Assembly: GCA_964016885.1 (NCBI GenBank) | Contig: OZ024747.1 | Span: forward strand, 32,550,001-32,614,000 | Length of the DNA stretch: 64,000 nt | Direction: 5' to 3' | Source of the DNA: Eledone cirrhosa | Taxonomy: Eukaryota | In this document: positions 42,801 through 60,800 of the stretch, piece by piece | Layout: each line of letters begins with the position of its first letter | Numbering within the stretch: position 1 is the stretch's first letter | Made by a program: the position numbers and the translations under genes | Notes under the pieces: model-generated | Databases searched by the model: none | The model's input: the letters and a program-made list of their open reading frames with translations, nothing else | What the model was told of the DNA's origin: nothing

Positions 42801-45800
42801 ACCAACATTAACAACATTACCAACATTACCAACATTACTAATATTACCAACATTACCAACATTACCAACATTACCAACATTACCATCATTACCAACATTA
42901 TCATCATTACCATCATTCTCATCATTACCAACATCATCATCATTAGCAACATTACCAACATTACCATCATTACCAACATTACCAACATTATCATCATTAC
43001 CAACATTATCATTATTACCAATATTACAATCATTACCAACATTATCATCATTACCATCAATATAATGATTACCAACATCACCATCATTACCAACATTACC
43101 AACATTACCAACATTACCAACATTATCATCAATATCATCATTATCATCATTACCAACATTATCATCATTACCAACGTTACCAACATTACCAACATTACCA
43201 ACATTATCAACATTATCATCATTAACAACATTACCAACATTACCAACATTACCAACATTATCATCATTAACAACATTACCAACATTACCATCATTACCAA
43301 CATTATCATCATTACCATCATTCTCATCATTACCAACATCATCATCATTAGCAACATTACCAACATTACCATCATTACCAACATTACCAACATTATCATC
43401 ATTACCAACATTATCATTATTACCAATATTACAATCATTACCAACATTATCATCATTACCATCAATATAATGATTACCAACATTACCATCATTACCAACA
43501 TTACCAACATTACCAACATTATCATCATTATCATCATTACTACATTATCATCATTATCATCACTACCAACATTACCATCATGACCAACATTATCATCATT
43601 ACCAACATTATCATCATTACCATCATTAACAACATTACCAACATTACCAACATTACCAACATTATCATCAATATCATCATTATCATCATTACCAACATTA
43701 TCATCATTACCAACATTACCAACATTACCAACATTACCAACATTATCAACATTAACAACATTATCATCATTACCATCATTACCAACATTACCAACATTAT
43801 CATCATTACCAATATTATCATCATTACCATCATTACCAACATTACCATCATTACCAACATTACCAACATTACCAACATCATCATCATTACCATCATTACC
43901 AACATTACCATCATTACCAACATTACAAAAATTATCATCATTACCATTATTACCAACATTACCATCATTATCATCATTACCATCAATATCATTACCAACA
44001 TCACCTTCATTACTAACATTACCAAGATTACCAACATTACCAACATTACCATCATTATCATCATTACCAACATTATCATTATTACCATCATTATCATCGT
44101 TACAATCATTACCATCATTATCATCATTAGAACAATACCAACATTATCAACATTAACAACATTATCATCATTAACATCATTACTTCATTATCATCATTTT
44201 CATCACTACCAACATTACCATCATGACCAACATTATCACCATTATCATAATTATCATCATTACCAACATTATCATCATTACCATAATTACTATTATTACC
44301 AACATTATCATCATTATCATCATAACCAACATTATCATCATTACCAACATTATCATCATTACCATCATTACCAACATTATCATCATTACCAACATTATCA
44401 TCATTACAGTCATTATCATCATTACCAACATTATCATCATAACCAACATTACCATCATTACCATCATGACCAACATTACCATCATCACCAACATTACCAA
44501 CATTATCGTGATTATTAACATTACCTACAGTATCATTATCACCAACATTACCAACATTATCATCATTACTAACATTACCAACATTACGATCATTATCATC
44601 ATTACCAACATTATCATCATTACCAACATTATCAACATTATCATCATTACCAACATTACCAACATTATCATTATTACCATCATTAACAACATTATCATTA
44701 TTACCATCATTATCTTCATTACCAACATTACAATCATTAACAACATTACCAACATTATCATCATCACCAACATTACCAACATTATCATGATTACCAACAT
44801 TACCAACATTACCAACATTACCAACATTATCATCATCACCAACATTATCATCAATATCATCATTATCATCATTATCATCATTACCAACATTACCAACATT
44901 ACCAACATTTCCATCATTACCAACATTACCAACATTACCAACATTACCAACATTACCAACATTATCATCATCACCAACATTATCATTATTACCAATATTA
45001 CCAACATTACCAACATTATCATCATTACCAACATCACCATCATTACTAACATTACCAAGATTACCAACATTATCATCAATATCATCATTATCATCATTAT
45101 CATCATTACCAACATTATCATCATAACCAACATTATCATCACTACCAATATTACCATCATTATCATCATCATCAACATTATCATTATTACCAATATTATC
45201 ATCATTACCATCATTATAATCGTTACAATCATTACCATCATTATCATCATTACCAATATTACCATCATTACCACATTATCATCATTACCAACATTATCAT
45301 CATTACCATCATTACCAACATTATCATCATTACCAACATTATCATCATTACAGTCATTATCATCATTACCAACATTATCATCATAACCAACATTACCATC
45401 ATTACCATCATGACCAACATTACCATCATCACCAACATTTCCAACATTATCGTGATTATTAACATTACCTACAGTATCATTATCACCAACATTACCAACA
45501 TTATCATCATTACTAACATTACCAACATTACCATCATTACCAACATTACCAACATTACGATCATTACCAACATTACCAACATTATCATTATTACCATCAT
45601 GAACAACATTATCATTATTACCATCATTATCTTCATTACCAACATTGCCAACATTATTATCATGACCAACATTACCAACATTATCATCGTTACCAACATT
45701 ACCAACATTATCATTATTACCAACATTATCATCATTATCATTATTACCAACATTATCATCATTACCATCATTATCATCATTACCAACATTATCATCATTA

Positions 45801-48800
45801 CCATCATTATCATCATTACCAACATTATCAACATTATCATCATTACCATCATTATCATCATTACCAACATTATCAACATTATCATCATTACCAACATTAC
45901 CAACATTACGATCATTACCAACATTACCAACATTATCATTATTACCATCATGAACAACATTATCATTATTACCATCATTACCATCATTATCACCATTACC
46001 AACATTATCATCATTACCAACATTATCAACATTATCATCATTAGCAACATTACCAACATTATCATTATTACCAACATTATCATCATTACCATCATTATCA
46101 TCATTACCAACATTATCATCATTACCATCATTATCATCATTACCAACATTATCAACATTATCATCATTACCATCATTATCATCATTACCAACATTATCAA
46201 CATTATCATCATTATCATCATTACCAACATTACCAATATTATTATCATTACCAACATTACCAACATTATAATCATTACCATCATTATCAACATTATCAAC
46301 ATTACCATCGTTACCATCATTATCATCATTACCAACATTATCAACATTACCACCATTACCAACATTACCATCATTACCAACATTACCAACATTACCAACA
46401 TTACCAACATTACCAACATTATCATCATTACCATCATTACCAACATTATCATCATTACCAATGTTACCAACATTACCAACATTGCCAACATTACCATCAT
46501 TACCAACATTACCATCATTACCAACATTACCATCATTATCATCATTACCAACATTATCATCATAACCAACATTATCATCATTACCATCATTACCAACATT
46601 ATCATCATTATCATCATTACCAACATTATCATCATAACCAACATTATCATCATTACCAACATTACCAACATTACCATCATTATCATCATTACCAACATTA
46701 TCATCATTACGAACATTATCATCATTACCATCATTATCATCATTACCAACATTACCATCATTAACAACATTACCAACATTATCATCATTACCAACATTAC
46801 CAACATTATCATCATTACCAACATTACCAACATTATCATCATTACCAACATTATCATCATTACCATCATTATCATCATTACCATCATTATCATCAATACT
46901 AACATTATCATCATTACCATCATTACCATCATTACCAACATTATCATCATTACCATCATTACCAACATTACCAACATTATCATCATTACCATCATTACCA
47001 ACATTATCATCAATATCATCATTACCAACATTATCATCATAACCAACATTATCATCATTACCATCATTACCAACATTATCATCATTATCATCATTACCAA
47101 CATTATCATCATAACCAACATTATCATCATTACCAATATTACCAACATTACCATCATTATCATCATTACCAACATTATCATCATTATCATCACTACCAAC
47201 ATTACCATCATGACCAACATTACCAACATTACCAACATTACCAACATTACCAACATTACCAACATTATCATCATCACCAACATTATCATCATTACCAACA
47301 TTATCATCATTACCAACATTACCAACATTACCAACATTATCATCATCACCAACATTATCATCATTACCAACATTACCAACATTACCATCATTACCAACAT
47401 TACCAACATTACCAACATTATCATCATTACCAACATTATCATCATTACAATCATTAACAACATTATCATCATTACCATCATTACCAACATTATCATCATT
47501 ATCATCATTACCAACATTACCAACATTATCATCATTATCATCATTACCAACATTACCAACATTACCATCATTACCAACATTATCATCATTATCATCATTA
47601 CCAACATTATCATCATAACCAACATTATCATCATTACCAACATTACCAACATTACCATCATTATCATCATTACCAACATTATCATCATTACCATCATTGC
47701 CAACATTATCATCATTACCAACATTACCAAGATTATCACCATTGCCAACATTACCATCATTACCAACATTACCAACATTACCAACATTACCAATATTATC
47801 ATCATTACCAACATTACCAACATTACCATCATTACCAACATTACAAACATTATCATCATTACCATCATTACCATCATTACCAACATTACCATCATTACCA
47901 TCAATATCATCATTACCAACATCACCATCATTACTAACATTACCAAGATTACCAACATTATCATCAATATCATCATTATCATCATTATCATCATTACCAA
48001 CATTATCATTATTACCAATATTACCATCATTACCAACATTATCATCATTACCATCAATATCATCATTACCAACATCACCATCATTACTAACATTACCAAG
48101 ATTACCAACATTATCATCAATATCATCATTATCATCATTATCATCATTACCAACATTATCATCATAACCAACATTATCATCATTACCAATATTACCATCA
48201 TTATCATCATCATCAACATTATCATTATTACCAATATTATCATCATTACCAACATTATCATCATTACCATCATTATCATCGTTACAATCATTACCATCAT
48301 TATCGTCATTACCAATATTACCAACATTATCAATATTAACAACATTATCATCATTACCAAAATTACCATCTTTACCAACATTATCATCATTATCATCATT
48401 ACTACATTATCATCATTATCATCACTACCTACATTATCATCATTACCATCATTAACAACATTACCAACATTACCAACATTACCAACATTATCATCATTAC
48501 CAACATTACCAACATTACCAACATTACCATCATTATCATCATTACCAACATTACCAACATTACCAACATTATCATCATTACCAACATTATCATCATTACC
48601 AACATTACCAACATTACCAACATTACCATCATTACCAACATTACCATCATTACCAACATTATCATCATTACCATCATTCTCATCATTACCAACATCATCA
48701 TCATTAGCAACATTACCAACATTACCATCATTACCAACATTACCAACATTATCATCATTACCATCATTCTCATCATTACCAACATCATCATCATTAGCAA

Positions 48801-51800
48801 CATTACCAACATTACCATCATTACCAACATTACCAACATTATCATCATTACCAACATTATCATTATTACCAATATTACAATCATTACCAACATTATCATC
48901 ATTACCATCAATATAATGATTACCAACATCACCATCATTACCAACATTACCAACATTACCAACATTACCAACATTATCATCAATATCATCATTATCATCA
49001 TTACCAACATTATCATCATTACCAACATTACCAACATTACCAACATTACCAACATTATCAACATTAACAACATTATCATCATTACCATCATTACCAACAT
49101 TACCAACATTATCATCATTACCAATATTACCATCATTACCATCATTACCAACATTACCATCATTACCAACATTACCAACATCATCATCATTACCATCATT
49201 ACCAACATTACCATCATTACCAACATTACAAAAATTATCATCATTACCATCATTACCAACATTACCATCATTATCATCATTACCATCAATATCATTACCA
49301 ACATCACCTTCATTACTAACATTACCAAGATTACCAAGATTACCAACATTACCATCATTATCATCATTACCAACATTATCATCATTACCAACATTATCAT
49401 TATTACCATCATTATCATCGCTACAATCATTATCATCATTAGAACAATACCAACATTATCAACATTAACAACATTATCATCATTAACATCATTACTTCAT
49501 TATCATCATTTTCATCACTACCAACATTACCATCATGACCAACATTATCACCATTATCATAATTATCATCATTACCAACATTATCATCATTACCATAATT
49601 ACTATTATTACCAACATTATCATCATTATCATCATAACCAACATTATCATAATTACCAACGTTGTCATCATTACCATCATTACCATCATTACCACATTAT
49701 CATCATTACCAACATTATCATCATTACCAACATTATAATCATTACAGTCATTATCATCATTACCAACATTATCATCATAACCAACATTACAATCATTACC
49801 ATCATGACCAACATTACCATCATCACCAACATTACCAACATTATCGTGATTATTAACATTACCTACAGTATCATTATCACCAACATTACCAACATTATCA
49901 TCATTACTAACATTACCAACATTACCATCATTACCAACATTACCAACATTACGATCATTACCAACATTACCAACATTATCATTATTACCATCATTAACAA
50001 CATTATCATTATTACCATCATTATCTTCATTACCAACATTGCCAACATTATCATCATGACCAACATTACCAACATTATCATCGTTACCATCATTACCATC
50101 ATTATCATCATTACCAACATTATCAACATTATCATCATTACCAACATTACCAACATTATCATTATTACCAACATTATCATCATTACCATCATTATCATCA
50201 TTACCAACATTATCATCATTACCATCATTATCATCATTACCAACATTATCAACATTATCATCATTACCATCATTATCATCATTACCAACATTATCAACAT
50301 TATCATCATTATCATCATTACCAACATTACCAATATTATTATCATTACCAACATTACCAACATTATAATCATTACCATCATTATCAACATTATCAACATT
50401 ACCATCGTTACCATCATTATCATCATTACCAACATTATCAACATTACCACCATTACCAACATTACCATCATTACCAACATTACCAACATTACCAACATTA
50501 CCAACATTATCATCATTACCATCATTACCAACATTATCATCATTACCAATGTTACCAACATTACCAACATTACCATCATTACCAACATTACCATCATTAC
50601 CAACATTACCATCATTACCATCATTATCATCATTACCATCATTATCACCATTACCAACATCATCATCATTAGCAACATTACCAACATTACCATCATTACC
50701 AACATTACCAATATTATCATCATTACTAACATTATCATTATTACCAATATTACCATCATTACCAACATTATCATCATTACCATCAATATCATGATTACCA
50801 ACATCACCATCATTACCAACATTGCCAACATTACCAACATTACCAACATTATCATCAATATCATCATTATCATCATTACCAACATTATCATAATTACCAA
50901 CATTACCAACATTATCATCAATATCATCATTACCAACATTACCAACATTAACAACATTATCATCATTACCATCATTACCATCATTATCATCATTACCATC
51001 ATTACCAACATTAACAACATTATCATTATTACCAAAATTACCATCATTACCAACATTATCATCATTATAATATTACCATCATTACCATCATTACTACATT
51101 ATCATCATTATCATCACCAACATTATCATTACCAACATTATCATTATTACCAAGACTATTAACATTATCATCATTACCAACATTACCAACATTACCATCA
51201 TTACCAACATTACCAACATTATCAACATTAACAAGATTACCATCATTATCAACATTACCAACATTACCAAAATTACCAACATTATCATCATTACCATCAT
51301 TACCAACATTACCAATATTACCAGCATTATCATCATTATCATCATTACCAACATTATCATCATTACCAACATTATCATCATTACCAACATTATCATCATT
51401 ACCATCATTACCATCATTATAATCATTACCAACATTACCAACATTATCTTTATTACCAAAATTACCATCTTTACCAACATTATCATCATTATCATCATTA
51501 CCATCATTACCATCATTACTACATTATCATCATTATCATCACTACCAACATTACCATCATGACCAACATTATCATCATTACCAACATTATCATCATTACC
51601 AACATTACCATCATTACCATCATTACCAACATTATCATCATTACCATCATTACCAACATTACCAACATTACCAACATTATCATCATCACCAACATCATCA
51701 TCATTACCATCATTACCAACATTACCAACATTACCAACATTACCAACATTATCATCATCACCAACATTATCATCATTACCAATATTACCATCATTATCAA

Positions 51801-54800
51801 CATTACCAAAATTACCAACATTACCAACATTACCAACATTATCATCATTACCAACATTATCATCATTACCATCATTACCAACATTATCATCATTAACAAC
51901 ATTACCATCATTATCATCATTACCAACATTACCAACATTATCATCATTACCATCATAATCCAACATTATCATCATTACCAATATTACCATCATTACCAAC
52001 ATTACCAACATTACCAACGTTACCAACATTACCAACATTATCATCATTACCAACATTACCATCATTACAATCATTACCAACATTATCATCATGACCAACA
52101 TTATCATCATTACCAACATTATCATCATTACCATCATTACCAACATTATCATCATTACCAACATTACCAACATTACCAACATTACCAACATTATCATCAT
52201 TACCAATATTACCATCATTACCAACATTACCAACATTACCAACATTACCAACATTATCATCATTACCAACATTACCAACATTATCATCCTTACCATCATT
52301 ACCAACATTATCATCATTACCAACATTACCATCATTACCAACATTACCTACATTATCATCATTACCATCATTACCAACATTACCAACATTACCAACATTA
52401 CCATCATTACCATCATTACCAACATTACCATCATTACCAACATTACAAACATTATCATCATTACCATCATTACCATCATTACCAACATTAACATCATTAT
52501 CATCATTACCAATATTATCATTATTACCAATATAACCATCATTACCAACATTATCATCATTACCAATATTACCATAATTATCATCATTATCATCATTACC
52601 AACATTATCATTATTACCAATATTACCAGCATTACCAACATTATCATCATTACCAATATTACCAACATTACCATCATTATCATCATTACCAACATTATCA
52701 TCATTACCAACATTATCATCATTAGCATAATTATCATCGTTACAATCATTACCATCATTATCATCATTAGGAACATTACCAACATTATCAACATTAACAA
52801 CATTATCATCATTACCATCATTACTACATTATCATCATTATCATCACTACAAACATTACCATCATGACCAACATTATCATCATTAACATCATTATCATAA
52901 TTATCATCGTTACCAACATTATCATCATTACCATAATTACTATCATTACCAACATTATCATCATTATCATCATTACCAACATTATCATCATAACCAACAT
53001 TATCATAATTACCAACGTTGTCATCATTACCATCATTACCATCATTACCACATTATCATCATTACCAACATTATCATCATTACCATCATTACCAACATTA
53101 TCATCATTACCATCATTACCATCATTACCAACATTACCAACATTACGATCATTACCAACATTACCAACATTACCATCATTATCATCATTACCAACACTGC
53201 CAACATTATCATCATGACCAAAATTACCAACAATATCATCGTTACCATCATTGCCTTCATTATCATCATTACCAACATTCCCATCATTACCAACATTGCC
53301 AACATTATCATCGTTATCAACATTACCAACATTATCATCGTTACCATCATTATCATCATTACCAACATTATCAACATTACCACCATTACCAACATTATCA
53401 TCATTACCAACATTACCAACATTATCATCATTACCTACATTATCATCATTACCATCATTACCAACATTACCAACATTACCAACATTACCATCATTACCAA
53501 CATTACTATCAATACTATCATTCTCATCATTACCAACATCATCATCATTACCAACATTACCAACATTACCAACATTACCTACATTATCACCATTACCATC
53601 ATTACCAATATTACCATCATTACCAACATTACCAACATTATCATCATTACCAATATTACCATCATTACCATCATTACCAACATTACCAACATTATCATCA
53701 TTACCAATATTACCATCATTACCATCATTACCAACATTACCATCATTACCAACATTACCAACATTACAAAAATTATCATCATTACCATCCTTACCAACAT
53801 TACCATCATTATCATCATTACCAACATCACCTTCATTACTAACATTACCAAGATTACCAACATTATCATCATTAGCAATATTATCATCATTATCATCATT
53901 ATCATCATTACCAACATTATCATTATTACCAATATTATCATCATTACCAACATTACCATCATTATCATCATTACCAACATTATCATCATTACCAACATTA
54001 TCATTATTACCATCATTATCATCGTTACAATCATTACCATCATTATCATCATTAGAACAATACCAACATTATCAACATTAACAACATTATCATCATTAAC
54101 ATCATTACTTCATTATCATCATTTTCATCACTACCAACATTAACATCATGACCAACATTATCACCATTATCATAATTATCATCATTACCAACATTATCAT
54201 CATTACCATAATTACTATTATTACCAACATTATCATCATTATCATCATAACCAACATTATCATAATTACCAACGTTGTCATCATTACCATCATTACCATC
54301 ATTACCACATTATCATCATTACCAACATTATCATCATTATCATCATTACCAACATTATCATCATTACCAACATTATCATCATTACAGTCATTATCATCAT
54401 TACCAACATTATCATCATAACCAACATTACCATCATTACCATCATCACCAACATTACCAACATTATCGTGATTATTAACATTACCTACAGTATCATTATC
54501 ACCAACATTACCAACATTATCATCATTACTAACATTACCAACATTACGATCATTACCAACATTACCAACATTATCATTATTACCATCATTAACAACATTA
54601 TCATTATTACCATCATTATCTTCATTACCAACATTGCCAACATTATCATCATGACCAACATTACCAACATTATCATCGTTACCATCATTACCAACATTAT
54701 CATCATTACCAACATTATCATCATTACCAACATTATCAACATTATCATCATTACCAACATTACCAACATTATCATTATTACCAACATTATCATCATTACC

Positions 54801-57800
54801 ATCATTATCATCATTACCAACATTATCATCATTACCATCATTATCATCATTACCAACATTATCAACATTATCATCATTACCATCATTATCATCATTACCA
54901 ACATTATCAACATTATCATCATTATCATCAATACCAACATTACCAATATTATTATCATTACCAACATTACCAACATTATAATCATTACCATCATTATCAA
55001 CATTACCATCGTTACCATCATTATCATCATTACCAACATTATCAACATTACCACCATTACCAACATTACCATCATTACCAACATTACCAACATTACCAAC
55101 ATTACCAACATTATCATCATTACCATCATTACCAACATTATCATCATTACCAATGTTACCAACATTACCAACATTACCAACATTACCATCATTACCAACA
55201 TTACCATCATTACCAACATTACCATCATTACCATCATTATCATCATTACCATCATTATCACCATTACCAACATTATCATCATTCCCATCATTCTCATCAT
55301 TACCAACATCATCATCATTAGCAACATTACCAACATTACCATCATTACCAACATTACCAACATTATCATCATTACCAACATCACCATCATTACCAACATT
55401 ACCAACATTACCAACATTACCAACATTACCAACATTAACAACATTATCATGATTACCATCCTTACCATCATTATAATCATTACCAACATTATCAACATTA
55501 ACAACATTATCATCATTACCATCATTAACAACATTATCATTATTACCAAAATTACCATCATTACCAACATTATCATCATTATAATATTACCATCATTACC
55601 ATCATTACTACATTATCATCATTATCATCACCAACATTATCATTACCAACATTATCATCATTACCAACATTACCAACATTACCATCATTACCAACATTAC
55701 CATCATTATCAACATTAACAAGATTACCATCATTACCAACATTACCAACATTACCAACATTACCAACATTATCATCATTACCATCATTACCAACATTACC
55801 AGTATTACCATCATTATCATCATTATCATCATTACCAACATTATCATCATTACCATCATTACCATCATTACCAACATTACCAACATTATCTTTATTACCA
55901 AAATTACCATCTTTACCAACATTATCATCATTATCATCGTTACCATCATTACCATCATTACTACATTATCATCACTACCAACATTACCATCATGACCAAC
56001 ATTATCATCATTACCAACATTATCATCATTACCCACATTACCCTCATTACCATCATTACCAACATTATCATCATTACCATCATTACCAACATTACCAACA
56101 TTATCATCATCACCAACATTATAATCATTACCATCGTTACCAACATTACCAACATTACCAACATTACCAACATTATCATCATCACCAACATTATCATCAT
56201 TACCAATATTACCATCATTACCAACATTACCAAAATTACCAACATTACCAACATTACCAACATTATCATCATTACCAACATTATCATCATTACCATCATT
56301 ACCAACATTATCATCATTAACAACATTACCATCATTATCATCATTACCAACATTACCAACATTATCATCATTACCATCATAATCCAACATTATCATCATT
56401 ACCAATATTACCATCATTACCAACATTACCAACATTACCAACGTTACCAACATTACCATCATTACCATCATTACCAACATTATCATCATGACCAACATTA
56501 TCATCATTACCAACATTATCATCATTACCATCATTACCAAAATTATCATCATTACCAACATTACCAACATTACCAACATTATCATCATTACCAATATTAC
56601 CATCATTACTACATTATCATCACTACCAACATTACCATCATGACCAACATTATCATCATTACCAACATTATCATCATTACCCACATTACCATCATTACCA
56701 TTATTACCAACATTATCATCATTACCAACATTACCAACATTACCAACATTACCAACATTACCAACATTACCAACATCACCAACATTACCAACATTACCAA
56801 CATTATCATCATTACCAACATAATCATCATTACCAACATTACCTACATTATAATCATTACCATCATTACCAACATTATCATCATTACCAACATTACCATC
56901 ATTACCAACATTACCAACATCATCATCATTACCATCATTACCAACATTACCAACATCATCATCATTACCAACATTACCAACATTACCAACATTACCATCA
57001 TTACCATCATTACCAACATTACAAACATTATCATCATTACCATCATTACCATCATTACCCACATTACCATCATTATCATCATTACCAATATTATCATTAT
57101 TACCAATATTACCATCATTAACAACATTATCATCATTACCAATATTACCATCATTATCATCATTATCATCATTACCAACATTATCATTATTACCAATATT
57201 ACCATCATTACCAACATTATCATCATTACCAATATTACCAACATTACCATCATTATCATCATTACCAACATTATCATCAATACCAACATTATCATCATTA
57301 CCATAATTATCATCATTAGGAACATTACCAACATTATCATCATTACCATAATTACTACATTGTCATCATTATCAGCACTACAAACATTACCATCATGACC
57401 AACATTATCATCATTAACATCATTATCATAACTATCATCGTTACCAACATTATCATCATTACCATAATTACTATCATTACCAACATTATCATCATTATCA
57501 TCATTACCATCGTTATCATTATTACCAACATTATCATCATTACCATCATTATCATCATTCACAACATTATCATCATTTCCATCATTATCATCATTACCAA
57601 CATTATCAACATTATCATCATTACCATCATAATCATCATTACCAACATTATCAACATTATCATCATTATCATCATTACCAACATTACCAACATTATCATC
57701 ATTACCATCATTAACAACATTACCAACATTATCATAATTACCAACATTATCATCATTACCATCATTACCATCATTACCAACATTTTCACCATTACCAACA

Positions 57801-60800
57801 TTATCATCATTACAGTCATTATCATCATTACCAACATTATCATCATAACCAACATTACCATCATTACCAACATTATCATCATTACCATCATTACCAACAT
57901 TATCATCATTATCAACATTACCATCATTATCAACATTATCATCATTACCAACATTACCAACATTATCATCATTACCATCATTAACAACATTACCAACATT
58001 ATCATTATTACAAAAATTACCATCATTACCAACATTCTCATCATTACCATCATTACCAACATTACCAACATTACGATCATTACCAACATTACCAACATTA
58101 CCATCATTATCATCATTACCAACAGTGCCAACATTATCATCATGACCAAAATTACCAACATTATCATCGTTACCATCATTGCCATCATTATCATCATTAC
58201 CAACATTATCATCATTACCAACATTGCCAACATTATCATCGTTAACAACATTACCAACATTATCATCATTACCAACATTATTATCATTACCAACATTATC
58301 AACATTACCAACATTATCATCGTTACCATCATTATCATCATTACCAACATTATCAACATTACCACCATTACCAACATTATCATCATTACCAATATTACCA
58401 ACATTACCAACATTACCAACATTATCATCATTACCTACATTATCATCATTACCATCATTACCAACATTACCAACATTATCATTATTACCATCATTAACAA
58501 CATTATCATTATTACCATCATTATCTTCATTACCAACATTGCCAACATTATCATCATGACCAACATTACCAACATTATCATCCTTACCATCATTACCAAC
58601 ATTATCATCATTACCAACATTATCATCATTACCAACATTATCAACATTATCATCATTACCAACATTACCATCATTATCATTATTACCAACATTATCATCA
58701 TTACCATCATTATCATCATTACCAACATTATCATCATTACCATCATTATCATCATTACCAACATTATCAACATTATCATCATTACCATCATTATCATCAG
58801 TACCAACATTATCAACATTATCATCATTATCATCATTACCAACATTACCAATATTATTATCATTACCAACATTACCAACATTATAATCATTACCATCATT
58901 ATCAACATTACAATCGTTACCATCATTATCATCATTACCAACATTATCAACATTACCACCATTACCAACATTACCAACAGTGCCAACATTATCATCATGA
59001 CCAAAATTACCAACATTATCATCGTTACCATCATTACCAACATTATCATCATTACCAACATTGCCAACATTATCATCGTTAACAACATTACCAACATTAT
59101 CATCATTACCAACATTATTATCATTACCAACATTACCAACATTATAATCATTACCATCATCTTCAACATTACCAACATTACCATCGTTACCATCATTATC
59201 ATCATTACCAACATTATCAACATTACCACCATTACCAACATTATCATCATTACCAATATTACCAACATTACCAACATTACCAACATTACCAACATTATCA
59301 TCATTACCTACATTATCATCATTACCATCATTACCAACATTACCAACATTACCAACATTACCATCATTACCAACATTACCATCATTACCAACATTACCAA
59401 CATTACCAACATTACCATCATTACCATCATTACCATCATTCTCATCATTACCAACATTATCATTATTACCAATATTACCATCATTACCAACATTATCATC
59501 ATTACCATCAATATCATGATTACCAACATCACCATCATTACCAACATTACCAACATTACCAACATTATCATCATTACCAATATTACCATCATTATCATCA
59601 TTACCATCATTATCATCATTACCAACATTATGATCATTACCATCATTATCATCGTTACCATCATTACCATCATTATCATCATTACCAACATTACCAACAT
59701 TACCAACATTATCAACATTAACAACATTAACAACATTATCATCAATACTATCATTACCAACATTACCAACATTATCATTATTACCAAAATTAGCATCATT
59801 ACCAACATTATCATCATTATAATATTACCATCATTACTACATTATCATCATTATCATCACCAACATTATCATTACCAACATTATCATTACCAACATTATC
59901 ATTATTACCAACACTATTAACATTATCACCGTTACCATCATTACCAACATTACCAACATTACCAACATTACCAACATTATCATCATTACCAATATTACCA
60001 ACATTATCATCATTACCAATATTACCATAATTACCAACATTACCAACATTACCAACATTATCATCATTACCATCATTATCATCATCACCATCATTACTAC
60101 ATTATCATCATTATAATCACTACCAACATTACCATCATGACCAACATTATCATCATTACTAACATTATCATCATTACCATCATTACCAACATTATCATCA
60201 TTACCAACATTACCAACATTACCAACATTACCAACATTATCATCATTACAGTCATTATCATCATTACCAACATTATCATCATTACCAACATTATCATCAT
60301 TACCAATATTATCATCATTACCAACATTACCAACATTACCAACATTACCAACATTACCAACATTACCAACATTATCATCATTACCAACATAATCATCATT
60401 ACCAACATTACCTACATTATCATCATTACCATCATTACCAACATTACAAACATTACCATCATTACCAACATTACCAACATCATCATCATTACCAACATTA
60501 TCAACATTACCAACATTACAATCATTACCATCATTACCAACATTACCATCATTACCAACATTACAAACATTATCATCATTACCATCATTACCAACATTAC
60601 CATCATTATCATCATTACCAATATTATCATTATTACCATTATTACCATCATTACCAACATTATCATCATTACCATTATTACCATCATTATCATCATTATC
60701 ATCATTACCAACATTATCATTATTACCAATATTACCATCATTACCAACATTATCATCATTACCAATATTACCAACATTACCATTATTATCATAATTACCA

